Source of the DNA: an uncultured Lachnospiraceae bacterium | Lineage (GTDB): Bacteria > Bacillota > Clostridia > Lachnospirales > Lachnospiraceae | Assembly (NCBI GenBank): GCA_947650845.1 | Contig: CANSWW010000001.1 | Location: 1 to 53,754, forward strand | Direction: 5' to 3' | Length of the DNA: 53,754 nucleotides | In this document: positions 16,578 through 26,014 of the stretch, piece by piece | How the letters are laid out: each line of letters starts with the position of its first letter | Position numbering within the stretch: position 1 is the stretch's first letter | Made by a program: the position numbers and the translations under genes | Notes under the pieces: generated by a model | Databases searched by the model: none | Told to the model about the DNA's origin: nothing | Seen by the model: only the letters and a program-made list of their open reading frames with translations

Positions 16578-16856
16578 ATAAGAGATCTCCTTTGGTAAAA
16601 ACGGCGCAGGCTGTTTTCCTGCTCTCTCTTTAGAAACGTTTGAGCAAGGGGAAAGCGGACAAGTAAAATACAAAAATTGAAATTATTTTTATCATATCAT
16701 AACGGCAATTATTTGCAAATTTCCTCGCTTGTGACGGGGAGCTTTTTTTGCTATACTTAGGGGCGGCAGAAGCATTGCTCTATTTATGGAAGCAAGACGT
16801 TTAAGCTTTTGTCCGGACGGGGAAAGCGGCCGACCGGCGACACAGGAGAACATACG

Positions 16857-18644
16857 ATGAAAGAAAAATGGATTTTGGAAAATAAAAAGGCGGATTACCG
16901 GGAATTGGCAGCCGCGACAGGGGTAAGCCCCCTGTTAGTCAAGCTGGCGGTCAATCGGGGCTATCGAACGAAAGAAGAGCTGGAACAATACTTTTTTGGC
17001 GCCAGGGAGTCGCTGCACGATCCGTCCCTTTTAAAAGATGCAAAGCAGGCGGCGTCGCTGCTTTTGGCAGCGGCCAAAGCGGGCCGGATGGTAGGGATCG
17101 CTTCGGATTTTGACGTGGACGGGATTTTTTCCGCGCTCATTCTTCATAAGACGATTACACGGCTGGGAGGGCAGGCGCGGATCTACACGCCGGACCGCGT
17201 CGCGGAGGGCTACGGCCTGAACATGCGGATTGTCGCGCAGGCGAAGGAGGAGGAAGCGGCGCTTCTCATTACCTGTGATAACGGGATCGCGGCCCCGGAA
17301 CCGATTGCCTATGCCGAGGAGTTGGGGATCGTCACGATTGTGACGGATCACCACGAGGTTCCATTCACATTAGGGGAGGACGGGAGCCGGCAGTACAGGC
17401 TGCCGCCGGCCAGGGCGGTTGTGAATCCCCGGAGGACGGACTGCGCCTATCCCTATAAGGGGCTGTGCGGCGCGGGCGTCGCCTATAAGCTGGCCGAGCT
17501 TTTGTATCGGCAGGCAGGGATTGATGCGGCGGAATTGGACGAGCTTTTAAGCTACGCGGCCATTGCCACGGTGGCCGATGTGATGGATTTGACCGGGGAA
17601 AACCGGGTGATTGTAAGGGACGGGCTGAGTATTCTGCGAAGGACGGCCAATCCGGGCCTGCGGGCGCTGATGGCGGTCACCGGCCTTGACCCGGGCCGGC
17701 TGAGCGCATACCATATCGGCTTTGTACTGGGGCCTTGCTTTAACGCGGCCGGGCGGCTGTCCACGGTGCAGCAGGCCTTCTCCCTGCTGCTTGCGGAGAC
17801 GATGGAGGAAGCGCTTCCATTGGCGCTCTCCCTAAAGCAGCTTAACGACAGCCGCAAGGATATGACGGCGGCCGGCGTAGAACAGGGAAAGAAACGGATT
17901 GAACAGGAGAAATTATACCGGCAGCCGGTTATGGTCGTCTATCTGCCGGACTGCCATGAGAGCCTGGCGGGGATTATCGCCGGACGCCTGCGGGAGGCCT
18001 ACGGCCATCCGGTGTATGTGATCGTGGAGGCCGAGACCGGGTTAAAAGGGTCCGGCCGGTCGATCGAGGCGTATTCCATGTTTGAGCATCTCCAGTCCTG
18101 CGGGGACCTCTTAAGCCGCTTTGGCGGGCATCCGATGGCAGCCGGGCTTTCGATGGCGCGGGAAAATCTGGCGGAATTTACGAGGCGGATCAACGAAGAC
18201 ACCGGCCTTTCTGAGGAGGATTTTTGGCCGGTCGTGCGCATCGACGCCGCGGCGCCGGTCGGCTACTGGTCGGAGGGGGCCGTTGAAGAGATGGATTTGC
18301 TGGAGCCGTTCGGCAAAGGGAACCGGCGCCCGCTGTTTGCCGAGCAGCATTTTTCCCTGCATTCGGCGCGGATCCTCGGTAAGAACCGAAACGTTTTAAA
18401 GCTGCTGGCGGAGAACGACGACGGCAGCCGCATAGACGCGATCTACTATGGAGATATCGAAGAATGGGAACAATACATACGGGACGAATTTGGAGACGAG
18501 GCGCTGACCGCCCTCTACGACGGCCGTCCGAACCCGGTGGATTTGGGGTTTGTCTATTATCCGTCGATCAACGAATACCGGGGCGTGCGCACGGTGCAGA
18601 TCGTCGTGCAGCATTACTGCCGTATCAAGCGCCGGAATCGGTGA
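16857..18644 (+). CDS. recJ: Single-stranded-DNA-specific exonuclease RecJ.
   Basis: DHH motifs (IASDFDVDG, ITCDNG, VTDHH) and a DHHA1 region (GGHPMAAG). RBS AGGAGA precedes the ATG at 16857. Confidence 0.9.
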   Translation: MKEKWILENKKADYRELAAATGVSPLLVKLAVNRGYRTKEELEQYFFGARESLHDPSLLKDAKQAASLLLAAAKAGRMVGIASDFDVDGIFSALILHKTITRLGGQARIYTPDRVAEGYGLNMRIVAQAKEEEAALLITCDNGIAAPEPIAYAEELGIVTIVTDHHEVPFTLGEDGSRQYRLPPARAVVNPRRTDCAYPYKGLCGAGVAYKLAELLYRQAGIDAAELDELLSYAAIATVADVMDLTGENRVIVRDGLSILRRTANPGLRALMAVTGLDPGRLSAYHIGFVLGPCFNAAGRLSTVQQAFSLLLAETMEEALPLALSLKQLNDSRKDMTAAGVEQGKKRIEQEKLYRQPVMVVYLPDCHESLAGIIAGRLREAYGHPVYVIVEAETGLKGSGRSIEAYSMFEHLQSCGDLLSRFGGHPMAAGLSMARENLAEFTRRINEDTGLSEEDFWPVVRIDAAAPVGYWSEGAVEEMDLLEPFGKGNRRPLFAEQHFSLHSARILGKNRNVLKLLAENDDGSRIDAIYYGDIEEWEQYIRDEFGDEALTALYDGRPNPVDLGFVYYPSINEYRGVRTVQIVVQHYCRIKRRNR

Positions 18645-18810
18645 GAGACCGCAGCACAACGCGCGTGGGAATACTCGCGGCCTGCCTGGTTTTTGACGTA
18701 AAAGGACTTGCGGCAGCCCGCAATCCGCTGTATAATGAAACCGTTCGCGGCCGGGTGCGCCGCGGCGACAGACAGCTGCGCGAAAAAGCGCGGGAATGGA
18801 GGAAGATTTC

Positions 18811-19335
18811 ATGAAAAAGGTGGAAGATTATGTCAGAAGCATTCCGGATTTCCCTGAGAAAGGGATTATATTCCGCGATATAACCAGCGTCCTGCAGGAT
18901 GCAAAGGGACTGAAGCTCGCGATCGACGGGATTCAGGAGCTGTTAACCGGCCTGGATTTTGACGTGGTGGTAGGGCCGGAATCCCGCGGATTTATTTTTG
19001 GCGTCCCGGTGGCCTACAACCTGGGCAAGGCATTTGTGCCGGTGCGTAAAAAAGGGAAGCTCCCCTGCGAAACCGTTTCGATGGAGTATGACCTGGAGTA
19101 CGGCAGCGCGGTGATTGAAATGCATAAGGATTCGATCAAGCCGGGCCAGAAGGTAGTGATTATCGACGACCTGATCGCGACCGGCGGCACGATCGAGGCC
19201 ATTGTCAAGCTGGTCGAGGGACTGGGCGGAGAGGTGGTAAAGATTTGCTTTTTGATGGAGCTGGCGGGCCTTAAGGGCCGCGAAAAGCTATCCGGATATG
19301 AGGTGGGCAGCGTAATCCGTTACGAGGGAAATTAA
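18811..19335 (+). CDS. apt: Adenine phosphoribosyltransferase.
   Basis: MKKVEDYVRSIPDFPEKGIIFRDIT and the PRPP motif VVIIDDLIATGGT. Confidence 0.95.
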   Translation: MKKVEDYVRSIPDFPEKGIIFRDITSVLQDAKGLKLAIDGIQELLTGLDFDVVVGPESRGFIFGVPVAYNLGKAFVPVRKKGKLPCETVSMEYDLEYGSAVIEMHKDSIKPGQKVVIIDDLIATGGTIEAIVKLVEGLGGEVVKICFLMELAGLKGREKLSGYEVGSVIRYEGN

Positions 19336-19349
19336 GCCGTGCCGCCGGT

Positions 19350-19379
19350 GTCCCAGCCGGAATATAATCCGGCTGGGAC
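19350..19379 (+). terminator. Perfect 12-bp hairpin after apt with no clear U-tract.
   Basis: GTCCCAGCCGGA-ATATAA-TCCGGCTGGGAC. Confidence 0.4.
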
Positions 19380-19389
19380 ATTCGGCAGG

Positions 19390-19585
19390 GCGCGGCAAGG
19401 AGCGAAAGGGGCTGCTGTAAAACACGGAGCATATGCAAGGTGGGGCAAAAACCCGGGACAGCGGGACGCCTGTTGTATAGAGCCCCGGTTTTGCGGCAGC
19501 TTCCGTATGTCCGGAAAGCACGGGCGAGACGCCGTGAGGGCGAAAAAATGTCCTGTGAACACGGACAGGCAGAGGAGATTTATTA
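19390..19585 (+). promoter_or_regulatory. Candidate c-di-AMP (ydaO/kimA-class) riboswitch-like leader of ktrB. Weak.
   Basis: The segments CGAAAGG...ACGGAGCA, GGGGCAAAAACC and GCGGCAGCTTCCGTATG loosely resemble the ydaO-class cores CGAAAGGUACGGAGGAACC, GGGGUUAAUC and CCGACAGCUAACUCCG. Genes for K+ uptake are a known context for this class. Confidence 0.3.
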
Positions 19586-19587
19586 TT

Positions 19588-20946
19588 ATGAAGAAGTGGA
19601 CCACGACGCAGTTGATTGCGTTGAGTTTTTTGGCGTTGATCCTGGCAGGGGCGCTGCTTTTGATGCTGCCGTTTTCTTCGGCGTCCGGCGAAATGACGGC
19701 ACCGGTGGACGCTTTGTTTACCGCGACGACCTCGGTCTGCGTGACGGGGCTTGTGACCGTCAGCACGATGAGCCATTGGAGCGCCTTTGGGCAGACGGTG
19801 ATTTTGCTTTTGATCCAGCTGGGCGGCCTGGGAATCATGACAGTTTCGATGGCCGTGCTGATTTTTATGGGACGGCGGATGAACCTGAGGGAACAGGTTA
19901 TGGTACAGGAAACCTACAGCCTGGATTCGCTGGAGGGAGTGAGGCAGGTTGTGGTAAAGATCATTGCCGGGACCTTTGCGGCGGAGGCGGTAGGCGCGTT
20001 TTTTTATGCGCTGGTTTATGTGCCGCAATTCGGCTTTTGGAAGGGCGTGGGCGCGTCGGTGTTCAACGCGGTTTCCACCTTCTGCAACGCCGGCATGGAT
20101 ATCGTCAGCGAGGACAGTCTGGCCCCTTATGTTGCGAATCCGATCATCAACGGGATTACGATGATCCTGATTGTGATAAGCGGCATCGGCTTTTTGGTGT
20201 GGTGGGACCTGGTACGCGTGCTGCGGGAGAAAAAGCGGAGCGGGATTAAAAATTACCGACTGTTTGCCCGCCTGAAGCTGCACTCCAAGCTGGCGATTAT
20301 GACGACGCTGATTTTGATTTTCGGCGGAGCGTTTTTGTTCCTTTTGTTTGAGTGGGACAATCCGCAGACGCTGGGATCGCTGGGGACGGGAGGTAAGATG
20401 ACGGCGGCGCTGTTCCAGTCGGTGACGACTCGTACGGCCGGGTTTTATACGATTCACCAGGGAGAGCTTCGCAGCGCGTCGGTGATGGTGGCGCTGGTCC
20501 TGATGTTTATCGGCGGTTCGCCGATGGGCACGGCCGGCGGGGTAAAAACGACGACCGTCGCCATGCTGGTGCTTACCTTCCTGGCGGTGATGAAGGGCCG
20601 GCGAAGTACCGAGCTGTTTGGGCGGCGAGTGGCGATCGACAGCCTGCGCACGGCGTTGTGCGTTGTGATGATGGCCTTTGGCGTGGCGCTTTTGGGCAGC
20701 GTGCTGCTGTTTTTGACCGACGGCTTTTCCTTTGAGGATACGCTCTATGAGATCGTATCGGCGGTGGCCACCGTGGGGCTGTCACGCGGTATTACGCCGC
20801 AGTTGTCCGACTTAGGCAAGCTGGTGGTGATCGCCGTCATGTATATCGGACGGACCGGCCCGATTACGATTGCGTTTTTGTTCTTTTCCGGTAAAAACCG
20901 CACAGCGGCGGTGGAGCTGCCGGAGAGCAAGATTATGATAGGATAA
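19588..20946 (+). CDS. ktrB: TrkH/KtrB-family potassium uptake membrane subunit.
   Basis: Start MKKWTTTQLIALSFL after GAGGAG. It is a multi-TM protein with repeated selectivity-filter-like TGL/GG segments (TTSVCVTGL, NAGMD, TRTAGF, ATVGLSRG). The track's 83-codon N-terminal extension is rejected. Confidence 0.9.
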   Translation: MKKWTTTQLIALSFLALILAGALLLMLPFSSASGEMTAPVDALFTATTSVCVTGLVTVSTMSHWSAFGQTVILLLIQLGGLGIMTVSMAVLIFMGRRMNLREQVMVQETYSLDSLEGVRQVVVKIIAGTFAAEAVGAFFYALVYVPQFGFWKGVGASVFNAVSTFCNAGMDIVSEDSLAPYVANPIINGITMILIVISGIGFLVWWDLVRVLREKKRSGIKNYRLFARLKLHSKLAIMTTLILIFGGAFLFLLFEWDNPQTLGSLGTGGKMTAALFQSVTTRTAGFYTIHQGELRSASVMVALVLMFIGGSPMGTAGGVKTTTVAMLVLTFLAVMKGRRSTELFGRRVAIDSLRTALCVVMMAFGVALLGSVLLFLTDGFSFEDTLYEIVSAVATVGLSRGITPQLSDLGKLVVIAVMYIGRTGPITIAFLFFSGKNRTAAVELPESKIMIG

Positions 20947-20956
20947 GGAGAAAACG

Positions 20957-21607
20957 ATGGCAAGAAAGTCTTTTGTGGTGTTTGGGTTAGGCGAGTTTGG
21001 CCAGAGCGTGGCCTTGACGATGGTGAAAAACGGATACGATGTGCTGGCCGTGGATAAACGGACGGACCGTGTGCAGGAGATTGCCGACCAGGTGACCCGC
21101 GCGGTGCGGGCGGACGCTACGGATCCGGAGGTGATGAAAAGCCTGGGCGTGGATACGATGGACGGGGCGATCATTGGGATTGGCGGCAGCCTGGAGGCCA
21201 GCATCTTGATTACGATTGCGGCCAAGGAATGCGGCGTGCCCTACGTGCTGGCGAAAGCCAGGGAGTCGATCGAGGGACGCGTGCTGAAGCGGGTCGGAGC
21301 GGACGAGGTAGTATTTCCGGAGCGGGCCATGGGAATCCGCATCGGGCAGAATCTGTCGTCCGGCAATTTTACCGATATTATCGAGCTGTCCTCCAGCTTT
21401 AGCATGGTAGAGATGAAGATCCCGGCCGTGTGGGAGGGGAAAACGCTGCGGGAATTAAACCTGCGCGCGCTGGGGTTAAACATCATCGCCCGCAAGAACG
21501 GCGATGAGGTCACAATTACCCTCGATCCCGACGGGAAGATGGACGCGGAGGCCATCTATATTGTGGTCGGCAGCAATGAAAGCCTGGAAAAGATAAAGGA
21601 AAAATAG
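20957..21607 (+). CDS. ktrA: TrkA/KtrA-family potassium uptake peripheral subunit (RCK domain).
   Basis: 216 aa with FVVFGLGEFGQSVA, a Rossmann motif (GxGxxG), and an RCK_C tail. Confidence 0.9.
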   Translation: MARKSFVVFGLGEFGQSVALTMVKNGYDVLAVDKRTDRVQEIADQVTRAVRADATDPEVMKSLGVDTMDGAIIGIGGSLEASILITIAAKECGVPYVLAKARESIEGRVLKRVGADEVVFPERAMGIRIGQNLSSGNFTDIIELSSSFSMVEMKIPAVWEGKTLRELNLRALGLNIIARKNGDEVTITLDPDGKMDAEAIYIVVGSNESLEKIKEK

Positions 21608-21608
21608 C

Positions 21609-22400
21609 ATGATTACCAGCGTATCCAACGAAAAGGTAAAGCATATCGTGCGGCTGCAGAAGAAAGCGTCCGCCAGACAAGCGGAGAATTGCTTTTTGGT
21701 GGAAGGCGTAAAAATGGCGCAGGAGCTGCCCATAGAGCGTCTGGTGCTGGCGTACGCTTCGGAGAGCTTCGCGGCGCGGCCTGAGCAGGAAGAACTGTGC
21801 CGCCGCCTGCGGGCAGAGATCGTGGCCGATCATGTGCTGACAGCCATGTCCGATACCCTCACGCCTCAGGGGATCCTGGCCGTGGTGCGGCGCAGGGAGC
21901 CGGCGGCCGAGGCGCTCTGGCAAGGGGACTGCCCGCTGCTTTTGGTGCTGGAGCATCTGCAGGATCCCGGCAATCTGGGGACGATCCTGCGCACGGCCGA
22001 GGGAGCAGGTGTAACGGGCGTGATTCTTTCAAGCGATTGCGTGGATTTGTACAATCCCAAAGTGATCCGTTCTACGATGGGCTCCATCTATCGACTGCCG
22101 GTTGCCTATGCGGCGGATCTGCCGGAGGCGGTCGCGCAGATGCGCACGGCAGGGATCCGTACCTATGCGGCCCACTTGAAGGGAACGAATGCCTACGATG
22201 AAGAGGATTACCGGGGCGGCACGGCTTTTTTGATCGGGAATGAGGGGGCCGGCCTGAGCCCTAAGCTGGCGGCGGCCGGCGACCGCTATATCCGGATCCC
22301 GATGGCCGGGCAGGTGGAATCCCTGAATGCAGCCGTTGCCGCGGCTGTTTTGATATATGAGGCGAATCGGCAGCGTCGAAAGGGTAAAAGTGGTGGCTAA
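21609..22400 (+). CDS. TrmH/SpoU-family RNA 2'-O-methyltransferase (RlmB-like).
   Basis: LEHLQDPGNLGTILRTAEGAGV, GNEGAGLS and ESLNAAVAAAVLIYE motifs. Confidence 0.85.
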   Translation: MITSVSNEKVKHIVRLQKKASARQAENCFLVEGVKMAQELPIERLVLAYASESFAARPEQEELCRRLRAEIVADHVLTAMSDTLTPQGILAVVRRREPAAEALWQGDCPLLLVLEHLQDPGNLGTILRTAEGAGVTGVILSSDCVDLYNPKVIRSTMGSIYRLPVAYAADLPEAVAQMRTAGIRTYAAHLKGTNAYDEEDYRGGTAFLIGNEGAGLSPKLAAAGDRYIRIPMAGQVESLNAAVAAAVLIYEANRQRRKGKSGG

Positions 22401-22465
22401 CGGTGGAAAACAGCAATAAAAAAAGCTGATAGTGGGGATAAAATGGGATTCTGCCCGGATAGGGG

Positions 22466-22494
22466 TTGACAAGATCGGAAATATCTGTTAAACT
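22466..22494 (+). promoter_or_regulatory. Candidate sigma-A promoter TTGACA-17-TAAACT.
   Basis: TTGACA at 22466-22471 and TAAACT at 22489-22494, about 100 nt upstream of CDS 22597. Confidence 0.5.
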
Positions 22495-22596
22495 GAAAAC
22501 CGTAATAAAGGCGTAATAATTTCGTAACAAGTAGAATAAAGTGTTAACATCTCTCATATTTGAGGTTACAAAATATAGCAATTAAATAAGGAGATT

Positions 22597-24132
22597 ATGA
22601 TGAAAGCTAGGAAAAAAGTAGCGGCGGCCTGCGCGGCAGCGTGTGCCCTGCTCCTGATTCTGACAGCCTTCTCAGGTGTTAATGCTTGGAATCAGGAAGC
22701 AGATGGGAATGAGCCCCAGGCGTCTGACAAGACTACGGCAGAAGCGTCCGGCGAAGATTTGACGGCGGACGCGATTTTAAACACGGAGACTTCGACAGAG
22801 GCCGAAGCGGCAGCGCAGGCCTTGACGCAGCCCGCCCCGGCGCAAGAGCCGGTCGTGCCGATGCGGGGGATCGAAGCCCTGGCGGGCGTAGCGGTTCCGG
22901 AAGGCACGGCGGCGCCGGAAAATGATACGGCGGCCGCGGATGAAGCTTCTGCAGACGGAATGCCGGTGAATGCAACGGCCGCGGGAGAAAGCACGCCGGA
23001 TGCGACGGCAGCGCCCGGAGAGAGCACGTCGGATACGACAGCCGCGGGAGAGAGAGCGTCGAATATGACTGCGGCAGGAGAGAGCGCCGCGGATACGACG
23101 GCAGCGAATGAGAGTACGGCGGATACGACGACGGCGGCGCAGGAGAGCACGGCGGACGAAACCTCGGCTTCCGGCGAAAGCGCGGCGGATATGACGACGG
23201 AAGCAGACGAGAGCTCTTCCGAGGCCTCGGCTCCCCGCGTGGAAAACGATTACTTTGCCGGTCAGTTTTTAGTGACCGTTACCGGTAAGACGGCGTTAAA
23301 CGTCCGTGAAGAGCCGGATTCGGACAGCGCCTGGGTCGGGAAGATGTATGCCGGAAGCGGCGGCGTCATCCTCGAGCAGGGAGACGGCTGGACGAAGATT
23401 CAATCCGGTTCCGTGACCGGCTGGGTAAGCAATGATTATATTGTCAGCGGCGACGCGGGCAAGGCGATGGTTTTAGAGGAATGCGAGCTGGTGATCGAGG
23501 TCCTTTCGGACGCTTTGAAGGTTCGTTCCGCCCCTACGACAGCGGAGGAGAATAAGATCCGCGCCATTTACGGCAAGGAGACCTACCCGGTCGTATCGGA
23601 GCAGGAAGGCTGGGTGGAGATCGAGTATTCGGAGGGCAAGACCGGCTGGGTGACTTCGGAATATGTCCGCATCCGCTACAGCTACGAGAATGCCAAGTCC
23701 CGCCGGCAGATTGAAGAGGAGGAGGCCGCCAAGAAGCGCGTCAATGTAAAGCGCTCATCGCGTGCGGCGCAGAGTGCCTCGGTGGACGACACCACGCTGC
23801 TGGCCTGCTTAATTCAGTGCGAGTCAGGCACGTACGAGGGCCAGCTGGCGGTGGCGAACGTGATCCTGAACCGTGTAAACAGTTCCAAGTACCCGAACTC
23901 CATCAGCGGCGTCATTTATGCCGCCGGACAGTTTGGCCCGGTATCCAGCGGCTCTTTGGCCAGACGGCTGGAAAAAGGCCCGTCCGCGACTGCCATGCAG
24001 GCGGCGACCGACGCGCTGAACGGCACCAATAACATCGGAAGCTTTGTCCATTTCCGTTCGGCCAAGGGCGCCGACGTAGACAGCTATTCGTCCTATACGA
24101 TTGTGGCAGGCAACTGTTTCTACAGCAAATAA
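22597..24132 (+). CDS. Secreted cell-wall hydrolase: signal peptide, Thr/Ala/Glu-rich low-complexity linker, SH3-like repeats, and a SleB/CwlJ-type (Hydrolase_2) domain.
   Basis: N-terminal signal (KVAAACAAACALLLILTAF). There are two GWV/GWT SH3-like modules. The C-terminus reads LLACLIQCESGTYEGQLAVANVILNRVNSSKYPNSISGVIYAAGQFGPV. Confidence 0.85.
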   Translation: MMKARKKVAAACAAACALLLILTAFSGVNAWNQEADGNEPQASDKTTAEASGEDLTADAILNTETSTEAEAAAQALTQPAPAQEPVVPMRGIEALAGVAVPEGTAAPENDTAAADEASADGMPVNATAAGESTPDATAAPGESTSDTTAAGERASNMTAAGESAADTTAANESTADTTTAAQESTADETSASGESAADMTTEADESSSEASAPRVENDYFAGQFLVTVTGKTALNVREEPDSDSAWVGKMYAGSGGVILEQGDGWTKIQSGSVTGWVSNDYIVSGDAGKAMVLEECELVIEVLSDALKVRSAPTTAEENKIRAIYGKETYPVVSEQEGWVEIEYSEGKTGWVTSEYVRIRYSYENAKSRRQIEEEEAAKKRVNVKRSSRAAQSASVDDTTLLACLIQCESGTYEGQLAVANVILNRVNSSKYPNSISGVIYAAGQFGPVSSGSLARRLEKGPSATAMQAATDALNGTNNIGSFVHFRSAKGADVDSYSSYTIVAGNCFYSK

Positions 24133-24139
24133 GATAAGA

Positions 24140-24170
24140 GGGAGCGTCTCGCAGGGGAAGCTCCCTTTTG
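24140..24170 (+). terminator. Rho-independent terminator.
   Basis: GGGAGC-N14-GCTCCC followed by TTTTG. Confidence 0.7.
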
Positions 24171-24291
24171 ATTTGCACGCCATGTCCGAATCGTTACTTT
24201 TTTGTGATATCTTGAAAAGTATCTTGTATTCCGCAAGGAAATCGGTTAAAATAAACAGAAGAAACACGGGGATGAAAGGAGGCTTGCAGGA

Positions 24292-24732
24292 ATGGATTCG
24301 ATTTATTGGCTGCTGTTGTTTCTCATCCTGTTGGTCATCGAAGTGCTGACCATGGGGCTGACGACCATCTGGTTTGCCGGGGGTTCCCTGGCCGCCTTTA
24401 TTGTTTCGCTGATCCTGGGAGACATGCTGGAGATCGAGGTGGCGGTGTTTGTCATCGTTTCCGTAGTACTGCTGCTGTTTACCAGGCCCTGGGCCATGCG
24501 TTATTTAAATCGCAGGACGACCCGCACAAATGTTGACAGTCTGATCGGCAGTGTGGTGCGCGTGACCGAGCTGGTGGATAATATCATGGAAAAAGGGGCT
24601 GCCCAGGCAGAAGGAAAGACGTGGACGGCACGGTCGGAAGCGGATGGGATTACATTTGTGCCGGGTGAGCTGGCTGTGGTGAAGGAAATCCGCGGCGTAA
24701 AGCTGATCCTGCGTAAGAAAAAGGAGGATTAA
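24292..24732 (+). CDS. NfeD-family membrane protein.
   Basis: Three N-terminal TM segments plus a C-terminal OB-like soluble domain. Directly precedes an SPFH gene, which is the classic pairing. Confidence 0.85.
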   Translation: MDSIYWLLLFLILLVIEVLTMGLTTIWFAGGSLAAFIVSLILGDMLEIEVAVFVIVSVVLLLFTRPWAMRYLNRRTTRTNVDSLIGSVVRVTELVDNIMEKGAAQAEGKTWTARSEADGITFVPGELAVVKEIRGVKLILRKKKED

Positions 24733-24735
24733 ACA

Positions 24736-25689
24736 ATGGTTGTAGCAAGTGGTGGGCTTTATGGTGCGATCGGATTTCTGGTGCTGTGCATCGTCATTGC
24801 GCTGGTTGCCGTTTCCTGTATCAAGATTGTGCCGCAGGCGACGGCGATGGTCGTGGAGCGCCTGGGCGGATATCTGGCCACATGGTCGGTGGGCATGCAT
24901 TTCAAGATGCCGTTTGTCGACCGCGTAGCGCGCCGGGTGAACTTAAAGGAGCAGGTCATTGACTTTAAGCCCCAGCCGGTGATTACAAAGGATAACGTCA
25001 CGATGCAGATTGATACGGTCGTGTTTTTCCAGATTACCGACCCGAAGCTCTATGCTTACGGCGTGGAGAACCCGCTGATGGCGATCGAGAACCTGACGGC
25101 AACGACGCTGCGTAACATCATCGGTGATCTGGAACTCGATGAGACGCTGACTTCACGTGAGCTGATTAACTCCAAGATGCGTATCAACCTGGATGAAGCC
25201 ACCGATCCCTGGGGCATCAAGGTGAACCGCGTGGAGCTGAAGAATATCATCCCGCCGGCCGAGATTCAGGATTCGATGGAGAAGCAGATGAAGGCCGAGC
25301 GCGAACGCCGTGAGAAGATTCTGGTGGCCGAAGGTGAGAAGAAGTCCTCGATCCTGGTAGCCGAAGGTAAGAAAGAGGCGGCGATCCTGGAGGCGGAAGC
25401 CGAGAAGGAAGCGGCGATCCTGCGCGCCGAGGCCAAGAAGGAAGCGACGATCCGCGAGGCCGAAGGCCAGGCGGAAGCCATCCTGAAGCTGCAGCAGGCG
25501 AACGCCGACGGTATCCGCGTCATCAAGGAGGCCGGCGCCGACGCGGCGGTTCTGCAGATGAAGAGCCTGGAAGCCTTCGCCAAGGCGGCCGACGGCAAGG
25601 CGACAAAGATTATTATCCCTTCCGAAATTCAGGGACTGGCCGGAGCGGTGACCGCGATCGGCGAACTGGCAAAGACGGAGAAGCAGTAA
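24736..25689 (+). CDS. SPFH/band-7 (stomatin/prohibitin-like) protein.
   Basis: TM anchor, an SPFH core (IKIVPQATAMVVERLGGY...DNVTMQIDTVVFFQI), and an Ala/Glu coiled-coil tail. Confidence 0.9.
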   Translation: MVVASGGLYGAIGFLVLCIVIALVAVSCIKIVPQATAMVVERLGGYLATWSVGMHFKMPFVDRVARRVNLKEQVIDFKPQPVITKDNVTMQIDTVVFFQITDPKLYAYGVENPLMAIENLTATTLRNIIGDLELDETLTSRELINSKMRINLDEATDPWGIKVNRVELKNIIPPAEIQDSMEKQMKAERERREKILVAEGEKKSSILVAEGKKEAAILEAEAEKEAAILRAEAKKEATIREAEGQAEAILKLQQANADGIRVIKEAGADAAVLQMKSLEAFAKAADGKATKIIIPSEIQGLAGAVTAIGELAKTEKQ

Positions 25690-25693
25690 GGCC

Positions 25694-26011
25694 ATGCGTT
25701 TGAAAAGAAAAAGCAGAAATCCGCATAGGACCGGCTTGATGAAGGATCTGGCCCATGTGGTGCTGTGCGTGGGGATCGTTGCCTTTGCGGTTTTGATTTT
25801 TCTGAATCCTACCCAGTACCAGAGACTGTTTCCGCTGGTGTTTATGCTGGCGTCTATGATGCAGTTCCTGCACGGAGCGCCTAAGATCACGGCGTATCGC
25901 CGCAGTCATGGGAGCAATGGCATGCTGTTGGCGGCCGGCGTGGGGATCTGCGTTTTGGGAGTGCTTCTGGCAGTCCTGGCCTTTGTCAGCGCTGTCACAA
26001 TATGGGGGTAA
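25694..26011 (+). CDS. Small hypothetical membrane protein.
   Basis: Three hydrophobic segments. The start is uncertain; an internal MKDLAHV at 25739 is possible. Confidence 0.5.
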   Translation: MRLKRKSRNPHRTGLMKDLAHVVLCVGIVAFAVLIFLNPTQYQRLFPLVFMLASMMQFLHGAPKITAYRRSHGSNGMLLAAGVGICVLGVLLAVLAFVSAVTIWG

Positions 26012-26014
26012 ACG

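Noticed and set aside
19288-20457. 389-aa minus-strand ORF opposite ktrB, and the 83-codon N-terminal extension of the ktrB ORF (19339..19587).
   Set aside because: The antisense ORF is Arg/His/Gln-rich noise. The extension lacks an RBS, is non-hydrophobic, and overlaps the apt terminator hairpin. MKKWTTTQ at 19588 has a GAGGAG RBS.
22400-22596. c-di-AMP riboswitch upstream of the SleB-type cell-wall hydrolase.
   Set aside because: The leader is AT-rich and lacks any of the G-rich conserved cores. Only a plain TTGACA-17-TAAACT promoter is evident.
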